Shown: positions 29,441-38,941, numbered from the stretch's first letter. The stretch: DNA of 64,000 bases from an uncultured Candidatus Saccharibacteria bacterium (GCA_964608585.1 CAZSOL010000002.1:11-64010), one strand, 5' to 3'. Notes: generated from the sequence alone by a model not told the origin. Made by a program: numbers and translations.

Positions 29441-29513
29441 GGGTGACTACAGGGAGTCGAACCCTGACAGAGAGCTCCACAAGCTCGCGTGCTACCGCTA
29501 CACCATAGCCACC
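29441..29513 (-). tRNA. tRNA-His (GTG) with encoded G-1
   Basis: Manual cloverleaf: 8-bp acceptor with G-1:C73, anticodon loop TTGTGGA, T-loop TTCGACT. Confidence 0.85.
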
Positions 29514-29573
29514 ATCAAACCCCATCTTTATACCATAAATTAAGAAAAAGACCGCCTTTTGGGCGGTCTGTAC

Positions 29574-30266
29574 TTATGCGCTAAGAGACAGGCTGGCTTG
29601 CTCGCGTCCTGTGGCACAAGCGTACCCAGAACACCCCAAAGCCCCAGAGCGACGTCGCTGGTCTCTACGAATATAGTTGGCGGCGTTCTCAGAGAGACCA
29701 TCAACACGAGCAAGGGTTATCCAAAGAGGATACTCCGTCCAAGCTACCAAGAACGGGCACGAGCACAGTCTTGAGTGAGGCAAGACATAGCCATACTCGT
29801 GTAGAACCCACTCCACCTCACGCTTAAACCGCTCTAAGGTTCTACCCTCGCTCACTCCAACAAAGCCCCGCAAGGCTAGAGCCCCTGCAAACTCTAGGGT
29901 CAGTCCAATGATGTCAGAGAGGTTAACCTCTGCCTGTCTTGGACGAGGAGGGAGCTTCTTGCTCAAGATCTTCTGGAGCAAGGACTTAGGAGTAACTCTG
30001 CTCTTGGATACTCTCAGATCAAGAGAGGTCTGCCCCCTGTGCTTCAGCGAAGAACTGGAGACGAGTTCTAGGGCTTGGATAGACTCAAAGAGTCTCTCTG
30101 CAAGCTCAACCTCTATCTCCCCCTTTGTCCTCTGCCTCCGCTTACCAATATTGATCCCCTTCTTAGAAAGAACTCCAAGAAGTAATTGGGTCGCGACCTG
30201 CACACGAGAAACACTTTCCCGTTCCATTATGTCCTCTCTGTATTGAGTGAAGGAGCTTCTTCGCAC
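29574..30266 (-). CDS. hypothetical protein between tRNA-His and tRNA-Leu (moderately GC-rich)
   Basis: 230-aa ORF; no recognisable catalytic motifs. Confidence 0.4.
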   Translation of the reverse strand: MRRSSFTQYREDIMERESVSRVQVATQLLLGVLSKKGINIGKRRQRTKGEIEVELAERLFESIQALELVSSSSLKHRGQTSLDLRVSKSRVTPKSLLQKILSKKLPPRPRQAEVNLSDIIGLTLEFAGALALRGFVGVSEGRTLERFKREVEWVLHEYGYVLPHSRLCSCPFLVAWTEYPLWITLARVDGLSENAANYIRRDQRRRSGALGCSGYACATGREQASLSLSA

Positions 30267-30462
30267 ATCATAGCTCTAAAGAAAACAAAAAACTCTGTGT
30301 ATATTGCACAGAGAAATACTTAAAACAAAATGTCTATACTACTTTAGTGCGCGGGTGAGCTTGGGTTGGGACCCAAGCGCAAGACCTTGAGCATCAAAGA
30401 TGCGAAAGGTGTACAGCCTCTGTAAGAGGAGGATGCAATCCTCTCCCGGCTCAAACTTGTTT

Positions 30463-30545
30463 GTGCGCGGGAGAGGATTTGAACCTCCATGCCTCTCGGC
30501 GCTACCACCTCAAGGTAGTGCGTCTACCAATTTCGCCACCCGCGC
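30463..30545 (-). tRNA. tRNA-Leu (GAG), long variable arm
   Basis: Acceptor GCGCGGG/CCCGCGC, anticodon loop TTGAGGT, long variable arm, T-loop TTCAAAT. Confidence 0.88.
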
Positions 30546-30577
30546 AACTTGTCCCGCTTAGGCGGGATACGCCAATC

Positions 30578-30973
30578 TTACTCGGCTTCTACTGTTTCTT
30601 CAACAACTGGAGCAGGAGTGGAGAAGCGCTCGTTCCTCATTTGTCGTCTGACCTCCTTAGCCGCCTTCTCACGAATGTGGTACAGCTTGGCACGGCGGAC
30701 CTTAGCTCGCTTCAAGATATCAATCTTGTCTATCATTGGAGAATAGAGTGGGAAGATCTTCTCAACTCCCACCCCTGATGCAACACGACGAACGGTGAAG
30801 GTGGCCCCAGCCTCACTTCCGTGCTTGCGAGCAAGCACAAGACCCTCAAAGGCCTGCAAGCGAGTCTTGCCTTTCTCTTGGATCTTCTGCCAGACACGCA
30901 CGGTGTCACCAGCTCTTAGGTCAAGCTTGGCTCTGTCTTCTATCTTTACTGGGCTCATTACTCTTGTTGGCAT
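30578..30973 (-). CDS. rplS: 50S ribosomal protein L19
   Basis: RAGDTVRV...[10 protein letters not shown]19 core. Confidence 0.9.
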   Translation of the reverse strand: MPTRVMSPVKIEDRAKLDLRAGDTVRVWQKIQEKGKTRLQAFEGLVLARKHGSEAGATFTVRRVASGVGVEKIFPLYSPMIDKIDILKRAKVRRAKLYHIREKAAKEVRRQMRNERFSTPAPVVEETVEAE

Positions 30974-30998
30974 CCCTTTTGTTTCCTTTATTGAGTCA

Positions 30999-31694
30999 TC
31001 AATCTAACACAGCTTTGCCTACCCTGTCGAGAGCCTGCCTAAAGTCGTCAGGATACGGTGCTAACACAACCTTTCTCTCCCCTTTTGTATCTTTAAAGGA
31101 GATTTGCTTAGCGTGCAGAGCCAATCTTTCGAATCCAAGTAAAGCCGGCTTGCCAGAAGCGTAGAGTTTGTCGGCAATAACTGGGTGGTGCAGAGCCTTG
31201 AAGTGAACGCGGATCTGATGCGTCCTGCCGGTCTTCGGCTTTGCCTCTACCAAGGTCACTCCCTCGCCTCTGCCAAGTACTCTAAAGTACGTTATCGCCT
31301 CTCTACCCTCGTGCCCAGCTATGCGCTTGCGAAAGTCAGACTTACTTCTAGATATTTTTGTGTTTATAGTGCCGTGGTCCTCCTTGAGGTTGCCGTACAG
31401 GAAGGCTTCGTACACCTTGTCTACCTCGTGATTTTGAAACTGACGCTTCAAACACTCAAAGCCTTCCTTGGTCTTGGCCAATAGCAGGACCCCAGAGGTC
31501 TCTCGGTCTATCCTATGCACAATGCCCGGCCTCTCTATCTCACCCATCTTCTCCCCCACATCCTTGGCCTCTGGGTACTTGCTCACAAACCAGTTGGATA
31601 CACTCGGCTCCTCTGTCCGACCATCAGAGTGTACGACAAGACCAGCGGGTTTGTTTATCGCAATGATATCTTCGTCTTCAAAGAGGACTTCCAT
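30999..31694 (-). CDS. RluA-family pseudouridine synthase
   Basis: Catalytic HRIDRETSG motif. Confidence 0.85.
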   Translation of the reverse strand: MEVLFEDEDIIAINKPAGLVVHSDGRTEEPSVSNWFVSKYPEAKDVGEKMGEIERPGIVHRIDRETSGVLLLAKTKEGFECLKRQFQNHEVDKVYEAFLYGNLKEDHGTINTKISRSKSDFRKRIAGHEGREAITYFRVLGRGEGVTLVEAKPKTGRTHQIRVHFKALHHPVIADKLYASGKPALLGFERLALHAKQISFKDTKGERKVVLAPYPDDFRQALDRVGKAVLD

Positions 31695-31697
31695 TTG

Positions 31698-31770
31698 TGG
31701 GCGATACAGGACTCGAACCTGTGACCTTCTCTGTGTAAAAGAGTTGCTCTACCAACTGAGCTAATCGCCC
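31698..31770 (-). tRNA. tRNA-Val (TAC)
   Basis: Acceptor GGGCGAT/ATCGCCC, anticodon loop TTTACAC, T-loop TTCGAGT. Confidence 0.88.
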
Positions 31771-31853
31771 TACTTATCCGTCAAAGCACGGATGAAACGA
31801 TACTAACATACAATATATACCTTACGCACGACTTTATGATAATGTGGGTGGAC

Positions 31854-31925
31854 GCCTCCATAGCTCAATGGATAGAGCAGCTCTCTTCTAAGGAGTTGAT
31901 GTGGGTTCGATTCCTGCTGGAGGCA
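31854..31925 (+). tRNA. tRNA-Arg (TCT)
   Basis: Acceptor GCCTCCA/TGGAGGC, D-stem GCTC/GAGC, anticodon loop CTTCTAA. Confidence 0.8.
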
Positions 31926-31929
31926 CAGA

Positions 31930-32241
31930 TTAGATAGAAGGTTCTGGAGTTTCCTCTGGGGTGCTTAGTATTGAGTCAAAGACCGTCTGCTTTTCCTTAT
32001 AGTAGTCAGTGTTCCTCTTCAAAAGATTTTTGTTTATGGGCGAGTCAGTTGTCTCCACTATCTCTGCACTAAAGACCCCTTGCCAAACTTGGTAGAAAGC
32101 AAGACCAGAGTAAACAGCCACCAAAAAAATAAGGGTTAAGAAAATAGTGAACATAACTCTCCAGTCAGCGTCAGGCCCACTCCCCCAACCAAGGATCCTG
32201 CCACGAGTTTTATAATCGTCTCTATTTAAAATCAGTTTCAT
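31930..32241 (-). CDS. small membrane protein, last gene of pilMNO-like operon
   Basis: Single TM helix; stop/start overlap with upstream pilO-like gene. Confidence 0.4.
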   Translation of the reverse strand: MKLILNRDDYKTRGRILGWGSGPDADWRVMFTIFLTLIFLVAVYSGLAFYQVWQGVFSAEIVETTDSPINKNLLKRNTDYYKEKQTVFDSILSTPEETPEPSI

Positions 32242-32756
32242 TTTTCTGGATAAGTTACTACTTTAAGCGAGATGATTGTCCTCCATCCTTCACCATCTGT
32301 ACCAAGATCAACTCGGTCAATACTAAACTTGTGAGGCAAGTTCTCAACTAACTTTATATAAGACAAGCTTGGCCCCCAAGCACCCCGAGACTCTATAGAT
32401 ATGCGCACTGTCTCTGGGTTAGCTGAAGAGGAGGTCTTGGAATCGTTGGTGATAGACGAGATAGACACGTTAAGCCCCAGGTCTCGGCCTGTGTTCTCAA
32501 GCTTCTCCAACAAGGCAACCAAGTCTGCTCTGGTCAAAATAATTTCTTCTATCAGAGCGAGCTCTTCCTTAGAGCTCTCTTGTAGGAGAGCAATGTTCTT
32601 GGCCCGACTGTCTCCTCCTATATAAGAGTCAGCTGACTCATTAGCACTCGCCACCTCCTTCTGAATACGAGACACAAGATGCAACTCATAACCAAGTCCT
32701 AGAGCGAAGAGTAGAGTAATGAGCCCTATGATAATGATTCTTGTTGTGGATGTCAT
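32238..32756 (-). CDS. pilO: type IV pilus assembly PilO-like protein
   Basis: N-terminal TM, coiled-coil, position after pilM-pilN. Confidence 0.5.
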   Translation of the reverse strand: MTSTTRIIIIGLITLLFALGLGYELHLVSRIQKEVASANESADSYIGGDSRAKNIALLQESSKEELALIEEIILTRADLVALLEKLENTGRDLGLNVSISSITNDSKTSSSANPETVRISIESRGAWGPSLSYIKLVENLPHKFSIDRVDLGTDGEGWRTIISLKVVTYPEK

Positions 32757-33319
32757 TTGTCTTTTGGCGGTACCAGATTTATATCAAAGGGTATGTCAGA
32801 CTCTCTAGCTATAGCACTAACTGGGAAGTCTACCTGACCCCACTCTCCCGAATCATTCAGGTCAGCTTGGAAGGCAATGAGAGCTTGTCGAGTCTTAGCC
32901 ATTCCGCTAGCTCTAAAGCTTTTGCTACCATTTGGCGCCTTAGAAAAAGAGAGATTCGTAATGGATATAGCAGAAGACCTCTTGGCCAAAATCTTTTTGA
33001 AGTAATCATATGGCTCATCTCTGTCTTCATCGGGAGTTATTGTCTTCAGGTCGGCTAAGGTGTTGTCCAACCAACTCTCCAAAGCAACATTGTCCAAACC
33101 TTGAGTCGGCTTATCTACAACTCCAAGGGTGAAGAGGACTGCCTCCCTCTTCTGAAGTAGAAAGATGGTGGTCGGAGAAAGTGTGACAATAGCAAAGAGT
33201 ACTAGAGTAGACACTAGACCAAGAGCTACAGAAACTCTTCTAAGAGAGTACTCCTTCTTGGCCTTCTCTGATGCTTTTGGTGGTAAAAGTTTATACATAT
33301 TCTCTAGAGCCTTCCTCAA
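32753..33319 (-). CDS. pilN: type IV pilus assembly PilN-like protein
   Basis: Short cytoplasmic N-terminus, TM, periplasmic domain; downstream of pilM. Confidence 0.5.
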   Translation of the reverse strand: MRKALENMYKLLPPKASEKAKKEYSLRRVSVALGLVSTLVLFAIVTLSPTTIFLLQKREAVLFTLGVVDKPTQGLDNVALESWLDNTLADLKTITPDEDRDEPYDYFKKILAKRSSAISITNLSFSKAPNGSKSFRASGMAKTRQALIAFQADLNDSGEWGQVDFPVSAIARESDIPFDINLVPPKDK

Positions 33320-34265
33320 GAGCAGCTCCTATAGCAGCTGCATAAGCCAGTGATGTCTCAAAGGGCATATCGGGCAAGCGCTTCTCTACATCACAGACAT
33401 TGACCCAAACATTACCAAGAGAGTATGGCGTCTCAACATCACTCATAATACTGCTAACCAACTTCTCATCCTTAGCATAAGGTCCACCAACAATAATCCT
33501 CTCCACCTTCTGGTTTGGAAGATTATTAGACTCATACTTACTACTCCAAAAAGAGAAGAACTTCCTGATCTCAGACTTCAAAGATTTGATAAGTTCTGGA
33601 TCTTCCGAATCAGCCACATCAAGAGAGAGTGTGGAGCTAAACTGGACTGTCTCATCATGGACAAGATAAAAGCCTACTCTTCTGTGTCCTAAATAGATTA
33701 TGAGATGCGATCTTTCGTCCCCCTTCTTAACGAGTGACCGAGCTATCGCTTGAGACTCAATGTCAAAGGATACTGGAGTGAGTCCAGCAGACTCAAAGGT
33801 GTCTATATAACTCTCTGCAACGTCGGTAGGAAGTACAGACACTGCTACCTTAAAGTCATTCGGCTTGTCTATAACTTCAAAGGAGAAGATGGACTTGGAC
33901 AAAGATACTGGGGCGTTCTCCTCAATGATAAAGGCAACTGCGTCATGTAGATCTTTGTAAGGGACCTTCTCAACGTTCGCGGTAAAGAGATAGGCTCTCT
34001 CCTCAGGCACTGTAGCCCTAACAAACTTTATCCCCTTCTCTTTGGAAAGCTTGGAGAGGATCTCTACTAGCCTTTGCTTATCCTTAACCTCACCTTGGGA
34101 GACGACTCCCTCGGGTAGCGGTATCTCTCCCGAGTGCTCAATATGAAGCTCCTTACTACTCCCCGGCCTAAAGGAAATGTAGCGCACAGTCCTCTCTGAG
34201 ATAGAGACCCCAGCGTCTGTAAGCGTTAGAAAATCTGGTGTAGGAAAAAGATCAAACAACTTCAT
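33291..34265 (-). CDS. pilM: type IV pilus assembly protein PilM (actin-like ATPase fold)
   Basis: Actin/HSP70-like fold pattern typical of PilM. Confidence 0.7.
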   Translation of the reverse strand: MKLFDLFPTPDFLTLTDAGVSISERTVRYISFRPGSSKELHIEHSGEIPLPEGVVSQGEVKDKQRLVEILSKLSKEKGIKFVRATVPEERAYLFTANVEKVPYKDLHDAVAFIIEENAPVSLSKSIFSFEVIDKPNDFKVAVSVLPTDVAESYIDTFESAGLTPVSFDIESQAIARSLVKKGDERSHLIIYLGHRRVGFYLVHDETVQFSSTLSLDVADSEDPELIKSLKSEIRKFFSFWSSKYESNNLPNQKVERIIVGGPYAKDEKLVSSIMSDVETPYSLGNVWVNVCDVEKRLPDMPFETSLAYAAAIGAALEEGSREYV

Positions 34266-34277
34266 TCCAACATTATA

Positions 34278-34604
34278 TCACTTCACCTTTGTACCAACTG
34301 GTATCTCTTCCCCAACTTTTAGAAGTGAGAAGGCTGTATCGGTAGATACTGCCAAGATCATTGCCTCGGAGGTCATGCCCATGAGAGGTCTTGGCTCAAG
34401 ATTTGTAACGAAGGGGCACCTTACACCAACTAAACTTTGTGGGTCGGAGAAATACTTCTTGATGCCCGAGAGGACTGTGCGAGATCGCTCCTCACCAAAG
34501 TCCACAGTGAGCTTTAGTAACTTATCGCTCCCCTCTACGTCTTCTACAACCTTTATCTCCCCTACGGTTATCTCTGTCTTCTTGAAGTCGTCAATATTTA
34601 TCAT
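34278..34604 (-). CDS. free-standing tRNA-binding domain protein (CsaA/Trbp111-like)
   Basis: OB-fold tRNA-binding domain pattern like MetRS C-terminal domain. Confidence 0.7.
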   Translation of the reverse strand: MINIDDFKKTEITVGEIKVVEDVEGSDKLLKLTVDFGEERSRTVLSGIKKYFSDPQSLVGVRCPFVTNLEPRPLMGMTSEAMILAVSTDTAFSLLKVGEEIPVGTKVK

Positions 34605-34612
34605 CTGTTTAA

Positions 34613-34996
34613 TTATACGGCTTTCCTACTATCTATATAGCTCTTAAGTATAAGCGAGGCAGCGGAGGCATCTAGCATGTCGTTCTCCCCTTGGAGTCTT
34701 GTGGCTTCAAGCGAGGTAAGGAGCTCGGGGTGGAACTCAACCGACTTGCCGAGAGACTCTAGAGAGCGAGCAAAGTTCTTAGCCTCTTCGTCTATGGCAT
34801 TGGCCTCTCCTTTAAAATTCTTTGACTCTCCAACGACTATCCTCTCTATTTGCCAGTCGTCAGCCAGACGAGTTACCTCGTTTATAAGGTTCTCATCGTT
34901 AGGGAGGACTACTCTAGGTATAGCAAAGTCGCCTGTCTCATCGGTAGAGGCAATACCCACCCTCTTCTCTCCAAAGTCTATAGCCATTAACCTCAT
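34613..34996 (-). CDS. ruvX: Holliday junction resolvase-like RuvX/YqgF (start at MRLMAIDFG)
   Basis: N-terminal AIDFGEKRVGIA motif of YqgF RNase H-like fold. Confidence 0.85.
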   Translation of the reverse strand: MRLMAIDFGEKRVGIASTDETGDFAIPRVVLPNDENLINEVTRLADDWQIERIVVGESKNFKGEANAIDEEAKNFARSLESLGKSVEFHPELLTSLEATRLQGENDMLDASAASLILKSYIDSRKAV

Positions 34997-35021
34997 AGGC
35001 GCATTATAGTACACTTATAGT

Positions 35022-35240
35022 ATGGAAGCTTGGATTCAAGAAAATGCATTACTCTTTATACTTCTACTCGTCTGGACCTTGTTTTGGAAGGGTAAGGCCT
35101 TGTGGAAGTCAGCTCAACTCAACCAGAAGTACTGGTTTGTCATCCTTCTTATCGTGAATACCTTTGGTCTTTTGGAAATCTTCTATCTTTTCGTCATAAA
35201 CCGAAAGAGTGGAGAAGCTCCCAAAAAATTGCTAGAGTAA
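35022..35240 (+). CDS. hypothetical small membrane protein
   Basis: 72-aa ORF with two predicted TM helices. Confidence 0.35.
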   Translation: MEAWIQENALLFILLLVWTLFWKGKALWKSAQLNQKYWFVILLIVNTFGLLEIFYLFVINRKSGEAPKKLLE

Positions 35241-35247
35241 GCCCGTT

Positions 35248-35331
35248 GGAGGAGTGGCAGAGTGGTCTATCGCACTTGTCTTGAAAACAAGAGTCTCGCA
35301 AGGGACCGTGAGTTCGAATCTCACCTCCTCC
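35248..35331 (+). tRNA. tRNA-Ser (TGA)
   Basis: Acceptor GGAGGAG/CTCCTCC, anticodon loop CTTGAAA, long variable arm, T-loop TTCGAAT. Confidence 0.88.
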
Positions 35332-35359
35332 GCTAATTTTTGTGTGATAAAATTATTTC

Positions 35360-35833
35360 GTGGCAAAGAATAGTACATTCTCTCTTGAGTGGCACGCGCC
35401 AGAGCACGAGCACAAGCAAAGGAGCTCAGACTGGTTCTGGGCGGCGGGTATCATCACTGTTGCTATCTTCTTAGTGGCAATACTACTCGGCAACATAATC
35501 TTTGGTATATTGGTAATCGTCAGTGCCTTTGCTCTAGCCCTCTTCATAAACAAACAACCTGAGGACATCCACCTCTCTATAAACGATGTTGGTATATATA
35601 AAGAAAGAGTTCTCTACCCCTTTGATACCCTAGACAGCTTCTGGATAGACACCGAGCACCCACACAAGAAGATCATCCTCCACTCCAAGAAGGTCCTGAT
35701 GCCTCTCATCATCATCCCCCTAGCCGATGATGTGAACGTGGAAGCTCTGCACGAACAACTCTCAAAGTATTTGAAGGAGGAGTATAAGTCTCTACCCTTG
35801 GTAGAAAAAATATTGGAATACTTAGGGTTTTAG
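35360..35833 (+). CDS. hypothetical membrane protein
   Basis: 157-aa ORF with two N-terminal TM helices. Confidence 0.45.
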   Translation: MAKNSTFSLEWHAPEHEHKQRSSDWFWAAGIITVAIFLVAILLGNIIFGILVIVSAFALALFINKQPEDIHLSINDVGIYKERVLYPFDTLDSFWIDTEHPHKKIILHSKKVLMPLIIIPLADDVNVEALHEQLSKYLKEEYKSLPLVEKILEYLGF

Positions 35834-35850
35834 GGTAGTATCTTTCCCAA

Positions 35851-35925
35851 GCTCCCATCGTTCAATGGATAGGACATGACTTTGCGGAAGTTAAAATGTA
35901 GGTTCGATTCCTACTGGGAGCACCA
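35851..35925 (+). tRNA. tRNA-Arg with genomically encoded GCG anticodon; CCA encoded
   Basis: Acceptor GCTCCCA/TGGGAGC, D-stem GTTC/GGAC, anticodon stem TGACT/AGTTA with loop TTGCGGA, T-loop TTCGATT, 3' ACCA. Confidence 0.8.
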
Positions 35926-35926
35926 A

Positions 35927-36190
35927 CTAGCCGAGTTTCTTAATAGATTGTGAGAGGCGGGACTTCTTGCGAGAAGCGGTGTTCTTGTCGATGGTCTTAC
36001 CCTTAACTGCTTTGTCTAGAGCTTTTTGCACAAGACTAAACTGGGCTAGAGCCTCCTTCTTCTTACCCTCGGAGATGAGCTTCTTCAACTGCTTCATTTG
36101 AGTAGCGACCTTGTCCTTCCTTGCACGGTTAAAGTTGCGCTTCCTGTCGGAGCTTCGGAGGGCCTTCTTGGCGCTTCGTGTTATAGGCAT
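35927..36190 (-). CDS. rpsT: 30S ribosomal protein S20 (start at MPITRSAKK)
   Basis: S20-like N-terminus SAKKALRSSDRKR and helical body; longer ORF would overlap ruvA start. Confidence 0.85.
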   Translation of the reverse strand: MPITRSAKKALRSSDRKRNFNRARKDKVATQMKQLKKLISEGKKKEALAQFSLVQKALDKAVKGKTIDKNTASRKKSRLSQSIKKLG

Positions 36191-36213
36191 AGCGGAGATG
36201 CTATCATACCAAT

Positions 36214-36789
36214 ATGATTGGCACAATATCTGGTATCGTCAAACACAAGGATCTACACGGCCTTATTGTGGATGTCGGAGGGGTTGGCTACAAGGTGGCG
36301 GTAAACACAGATACAGCAATTGAGGTTGAGAGTGGCTCCCCCATCTTCCTTTGGACCCATCTGGTCGTGAGGGAGACCGCCTTAGATCTATACGGGTTTA
36401 TAGACCAAGACACCTTGAGAGTCTTTGAACTACTTATAAGCATATCGGGCATTGGACCAAAGACCGCTCTAGGGATACTAAATGTTGCTAACCCATCCAT
36501 ACTACGAAAGGCTGTGGCCAACGATGATACAAGCTACCTTACTAAGGTCTCCGGCATCGGCAAGAAGAATGCTGAGAAGATAGTGCTTGAGCTCCGCGAC
36601 AAACTCACCACAACAACCGAAGACAAGAGTGAGAGTCTGCGTGCCGAAGGAGATGTGATGGAGGCCTTGGTCTCTCTTGGCTACAACGAGCGTGATATCC
36701 GCGATGTACTTAAGAAGCTCCCAAAGGAATTGAAAACTGCTTCAGAACAGGTAAAGTATGCTTTGAAGCAATTGTCTGATGTTAGATAG
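36214..36789 (+). CDS. ruvA: Holliday junction branch migration protein RuvA
   Basis: MIGTISGIV...VGGVGYKV OB domain, HhH motifs (ISGIGPKTA, VSGIGKKNAEKI). Confidence 0.9.
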   Translation: MIGTISGIVKHKDLHGLIVDVGGVGYKVAVNTDTAIEVESGSPIFLWTHLVVRETALDLYGFIDQDTLRVFELLISISGIGPKTALGILNVANPSILRKAVANDDTSYLTKVSGIGKKNAEKIVLELRDKLTTTTEDKSESLRAEGDVMEALVSLGYNERDIRDVLKKLPKELKTASEQVKYALKQLSDVR

Positions 36790-38053
36790 TCTTTTAACCA
36801 CAATTAAGAAATTCATACCCAAGAGCCTCTTTGAGGCTCTTGCCCCCTTGTATCACTACTCGCTGGCTCTAGTTGGGGCTCTTATCTTCGGCTTCCCATC
36901 AAAGAAGCTTGTGGTTATCGCAGTAACTGGCACCAAAGGCAAGAGCTCTACCACCGAGATGATCAACTCCATCTTTGAGGAAGCTGGGCACAAAACCCTA
37001 CTTCTAAACACGATCCGCTTTAAGATTGGTGGAGAGTCTATGCCAAACAGAAGGAAGATGACTGTCCCAGGGCGCTTCTTCCTCCAAAAGATGTTGCGTA
37101 AGGCCGAGATGGCAGGGTGCAACGTAGCAATAATTGAGCTCTCAAGCGAGGCAGCTAAGCAGTATAGGCATAAGTTCGTCTATCTTGATGCTTTGGTCTT
37201 CACCAACCTTCATCCTGAGCACATAGAGAGTCATGGCTCGTTTGAGAATTATAAGAAGTCCAAACTCTCTCTAACCGAAAGCCTGAGAATGAGTAATGGT
37301 AAGAGGAGTATCGTTGTGGCAAACATAGATGACTTGGCTGGGACAGACTTCCTAAACTGCGGTGCTCGTAGAGCTCTACCCTACTCCCTCAAAGATGCTG
37401 GGATTTATAAACTTGAGGAGAGTGGAGTAACCTTCAACTTTAAGGGTCTAGAGATAAGGTCCAAACTCCTTGGACGCTTCAATCTTGAGAACATGCTGGC
37501 TGCCGCCACTCTAGCCAACGCCTTTGATATACCTACCGAGACAATCAAGAAGGGCTTGGAGAGTCTGTCTGTCATTAAGGGTCGGGTGGAGTTTGTAAGG
37601 ATAAGCGAGAAGCAGGAGTTTGATGTCGTGGTGGACTATGCACACACAGCGGAGTCTCTACAAGAGTTGTACAAAGCATTTGATGGCAAGAGGAAAATCT
37701 GCGTGCTAGGCAATACTGGTGGAGGGAGAGACAAGTGGAAGAGGCCTGAGATGGCTAAGATCGCTGACCAGTTTTGTGACGAAGTGATACTAACAAACGA
37801 AGACCCCTATGATGAGAACCCAGAGCAAATAATCTCCGACATGCTCCCAGGGTTTAAAAAGATTATGCCCAAAGTGATTATGGATAGACGTGAGGCCATA
37901 CACAGTGCACTGAAGTTTGCTAAAAAGGGTGATGCTGTGCTCATCACCGGCAAAGGCACAGACCCATACATAATGCTCGCCAACAACAAGAAGCTAGTGT
38001 GGTCAGACTTTGAAGTAGCTAAAGAGGGACTCCAGAAAATTTTGAAAAAATAA
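36779..38053 (+). CDS. murE: Mur ligase family, MurE-like (UDP-MurNAc-tripeptide synthetase)
   Basis: P-loop VTGTKGKSST, Mur ligase middle and C-terminal domains, NEDPYDENP (DNPR-like) motif. Confidence 0.7.
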   Translation: MLDSLLTTIKKFIPKSLFEALAPLYHYSLALVGALIFGFPSKKLVVIAVTGTKGKSSTTEMINSIFEEAGHKTLLLNTIRFKIGGESMPNRRKMTVPGRFFLQKMLRKAEMAGCNVAIIELSSEAAKQYRHKFVYLDALVFTNLHPEHIESHGSFENYKKSKLSLTESLRMSNGKRSIVVANIDDLAGTDFLNCGARRALPYSLKDAGIYKLEESGVTFNFKGLEIRSKLLGRFNLENMLAAATLANAFDIPTETIKKGLESLSVIKGRVEFVRISEKQEFDVVVDYAHTAESLQELYKAFDGKRKICVLGNTGGGRDKWKRPEMAKIADQFCDEVILTNEDPYDENPEQIISDMLPGFKKIMPKVIMDRREAIHSALKFAKKGDAVLITGKGTDPYIMLANNKKLVWSDFEVAKEGLQKILKK

Positions 38054-38086
38054 AATAAAACAGCCCCGAGCGCATGCGCTCGGGGC
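38047..38086 (-). terminator. GC-palindrome terminator (gccccgagcgc-atgc-gcgctcggggc)
   Basis: Perfect 24-nt palindrome; minus-strand T-rich run (plus aaaataaaataaaaca) follows; sequence family shared with 28641-28664. Confidence 0.65.
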
Positions 38087-38100
38087 TTGGACCTTCTTCA

Positions 38101-38565
38101 TCACATCCAGTTGTGAGTGTTGCCGAAAGGATCAGGTGGGTTCTTCTGGACCTCCACACCGAGCTCATCGAGGAACTCCATGAAGTTGTTCCACAGAGTC
38201 TTGAGGGCTCTACCGAGAGTCCATTTCATCTTCGGGGGCTCCTCCTTGGTGAAGAGGCTCTCCTTGAAGATGTGGATCATCTGCCCAACCATGGCCGACT
38301 CGATTGAGATGGGGCCCGTCTCCGAGCTGTCGTACGTATCAACGGAGTCCATCCTGACATCAATCCTCTCATCCGGATGAGCTGTGCCAAGACCGAGATT
38401 GATGTTCTCGGTATGGGCGAGAGCTTGGTAGATTTGGTCATAGATCTCCTTCGCTCTCACAGCGTGACCCAAGTGACCCTTGTCCAAGGGACCGACGATG
38501 AAGTACTTCTTGAGCTCTCCTTGAAAGTAGAGCTCAATCCGCTTGTAGGGCTTGAAGTTGCCCAT
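38101..38565 (-). CDS. hypothetical protein, GC-rich (about 54%), strong SD (GGGAGGT)
   Basis: 154-aa ORF with SD 5 nt upstream of ATG, unlike native genes; no recognisable domain. Confidence 0.5.
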   Translation of the reverse strand: MGNFKPYKRIELYFQGELKKYFIVGPLDKGHLGHAVRAKEIYDQIYQALAHTENINLGLGTAHPDERIDVRMDSVDTYDSSETGPISIESAMVGQMIHIFKESLFTKEEPPKMKWTLGRALKTLWNNFMEFLDELGVEVQKNPPDPFGNTHNWM

Positions 38566-38732
38566 AAATACCTCCCGGATAGGTTGTAGAGTGCGTTGTC
38601 TACCCTTAATAATACCACATTAGATTCCAAAAAGTCAAGTTTGGACAACCATTGACTACTGAAGCTTATTTATGTCAATATAAAAAAAGACATAAGCCGT
38701 GCATTAAGTTGCACACAAAGGAGGTGAGTAAG

Positions 38733-38933
38733 ATGAGCAAGCCGCACACGGACTTCAATCTTCAACCGTCTCAGGTGCCCTTCATGGACGAAGTCGCTAG
38801 GACTATTGTCCAGCAGCCTGATTACACGGGTATCGGTGGCCACGGCCTCGAGACACACGGTCCCCACGGACCACACACCCAGACCAACATCGGTCTCGAC
38901 GGAACAACAATCAACATCCGCAAGCCTGGCTGA
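38733..38933 (+). CDS. small His/Gly-rich protein (66 aa) with consensus SD AAGGAGGTG
   Basis: In-frame ATG 6 nt after AAGGAGGTG (38718-38726); followed directly by strong terminator. Confidence 0.5.
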   Translation: MSKPHTDFNLQPSQVPFMDEVARTIVQQPDYTGIGGHGLETHGPHGPHTQTNIGLDGTTINIRKPG

Positions 38934-38941
38934 TCAACCCA

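Noticed and set aside
29574-30266. Assigning the 230-aa ORF as integrase, LAGLIDADG or GIY-YIG endonuclease
   Set aside because: Looked for R-H-R-Y, LAGLIDADG and GIY/YIG motifs; only weak resemblances (HEYGYVL), insufficient to name a family.
36191-36226. Longer rpsT ORF starting at 36226
   Set aside because: Would overlap the ruvA start codon (36214); S20 homology begins at MPITRSAKK (36190).
38652-38732. N-terminal 27 codons of ORF 38652..38933
   Set aside because: A consensus SD (AAGGAGGTG) sits 6 nt before the internal ATG at 38733; the longer start has no RBS.
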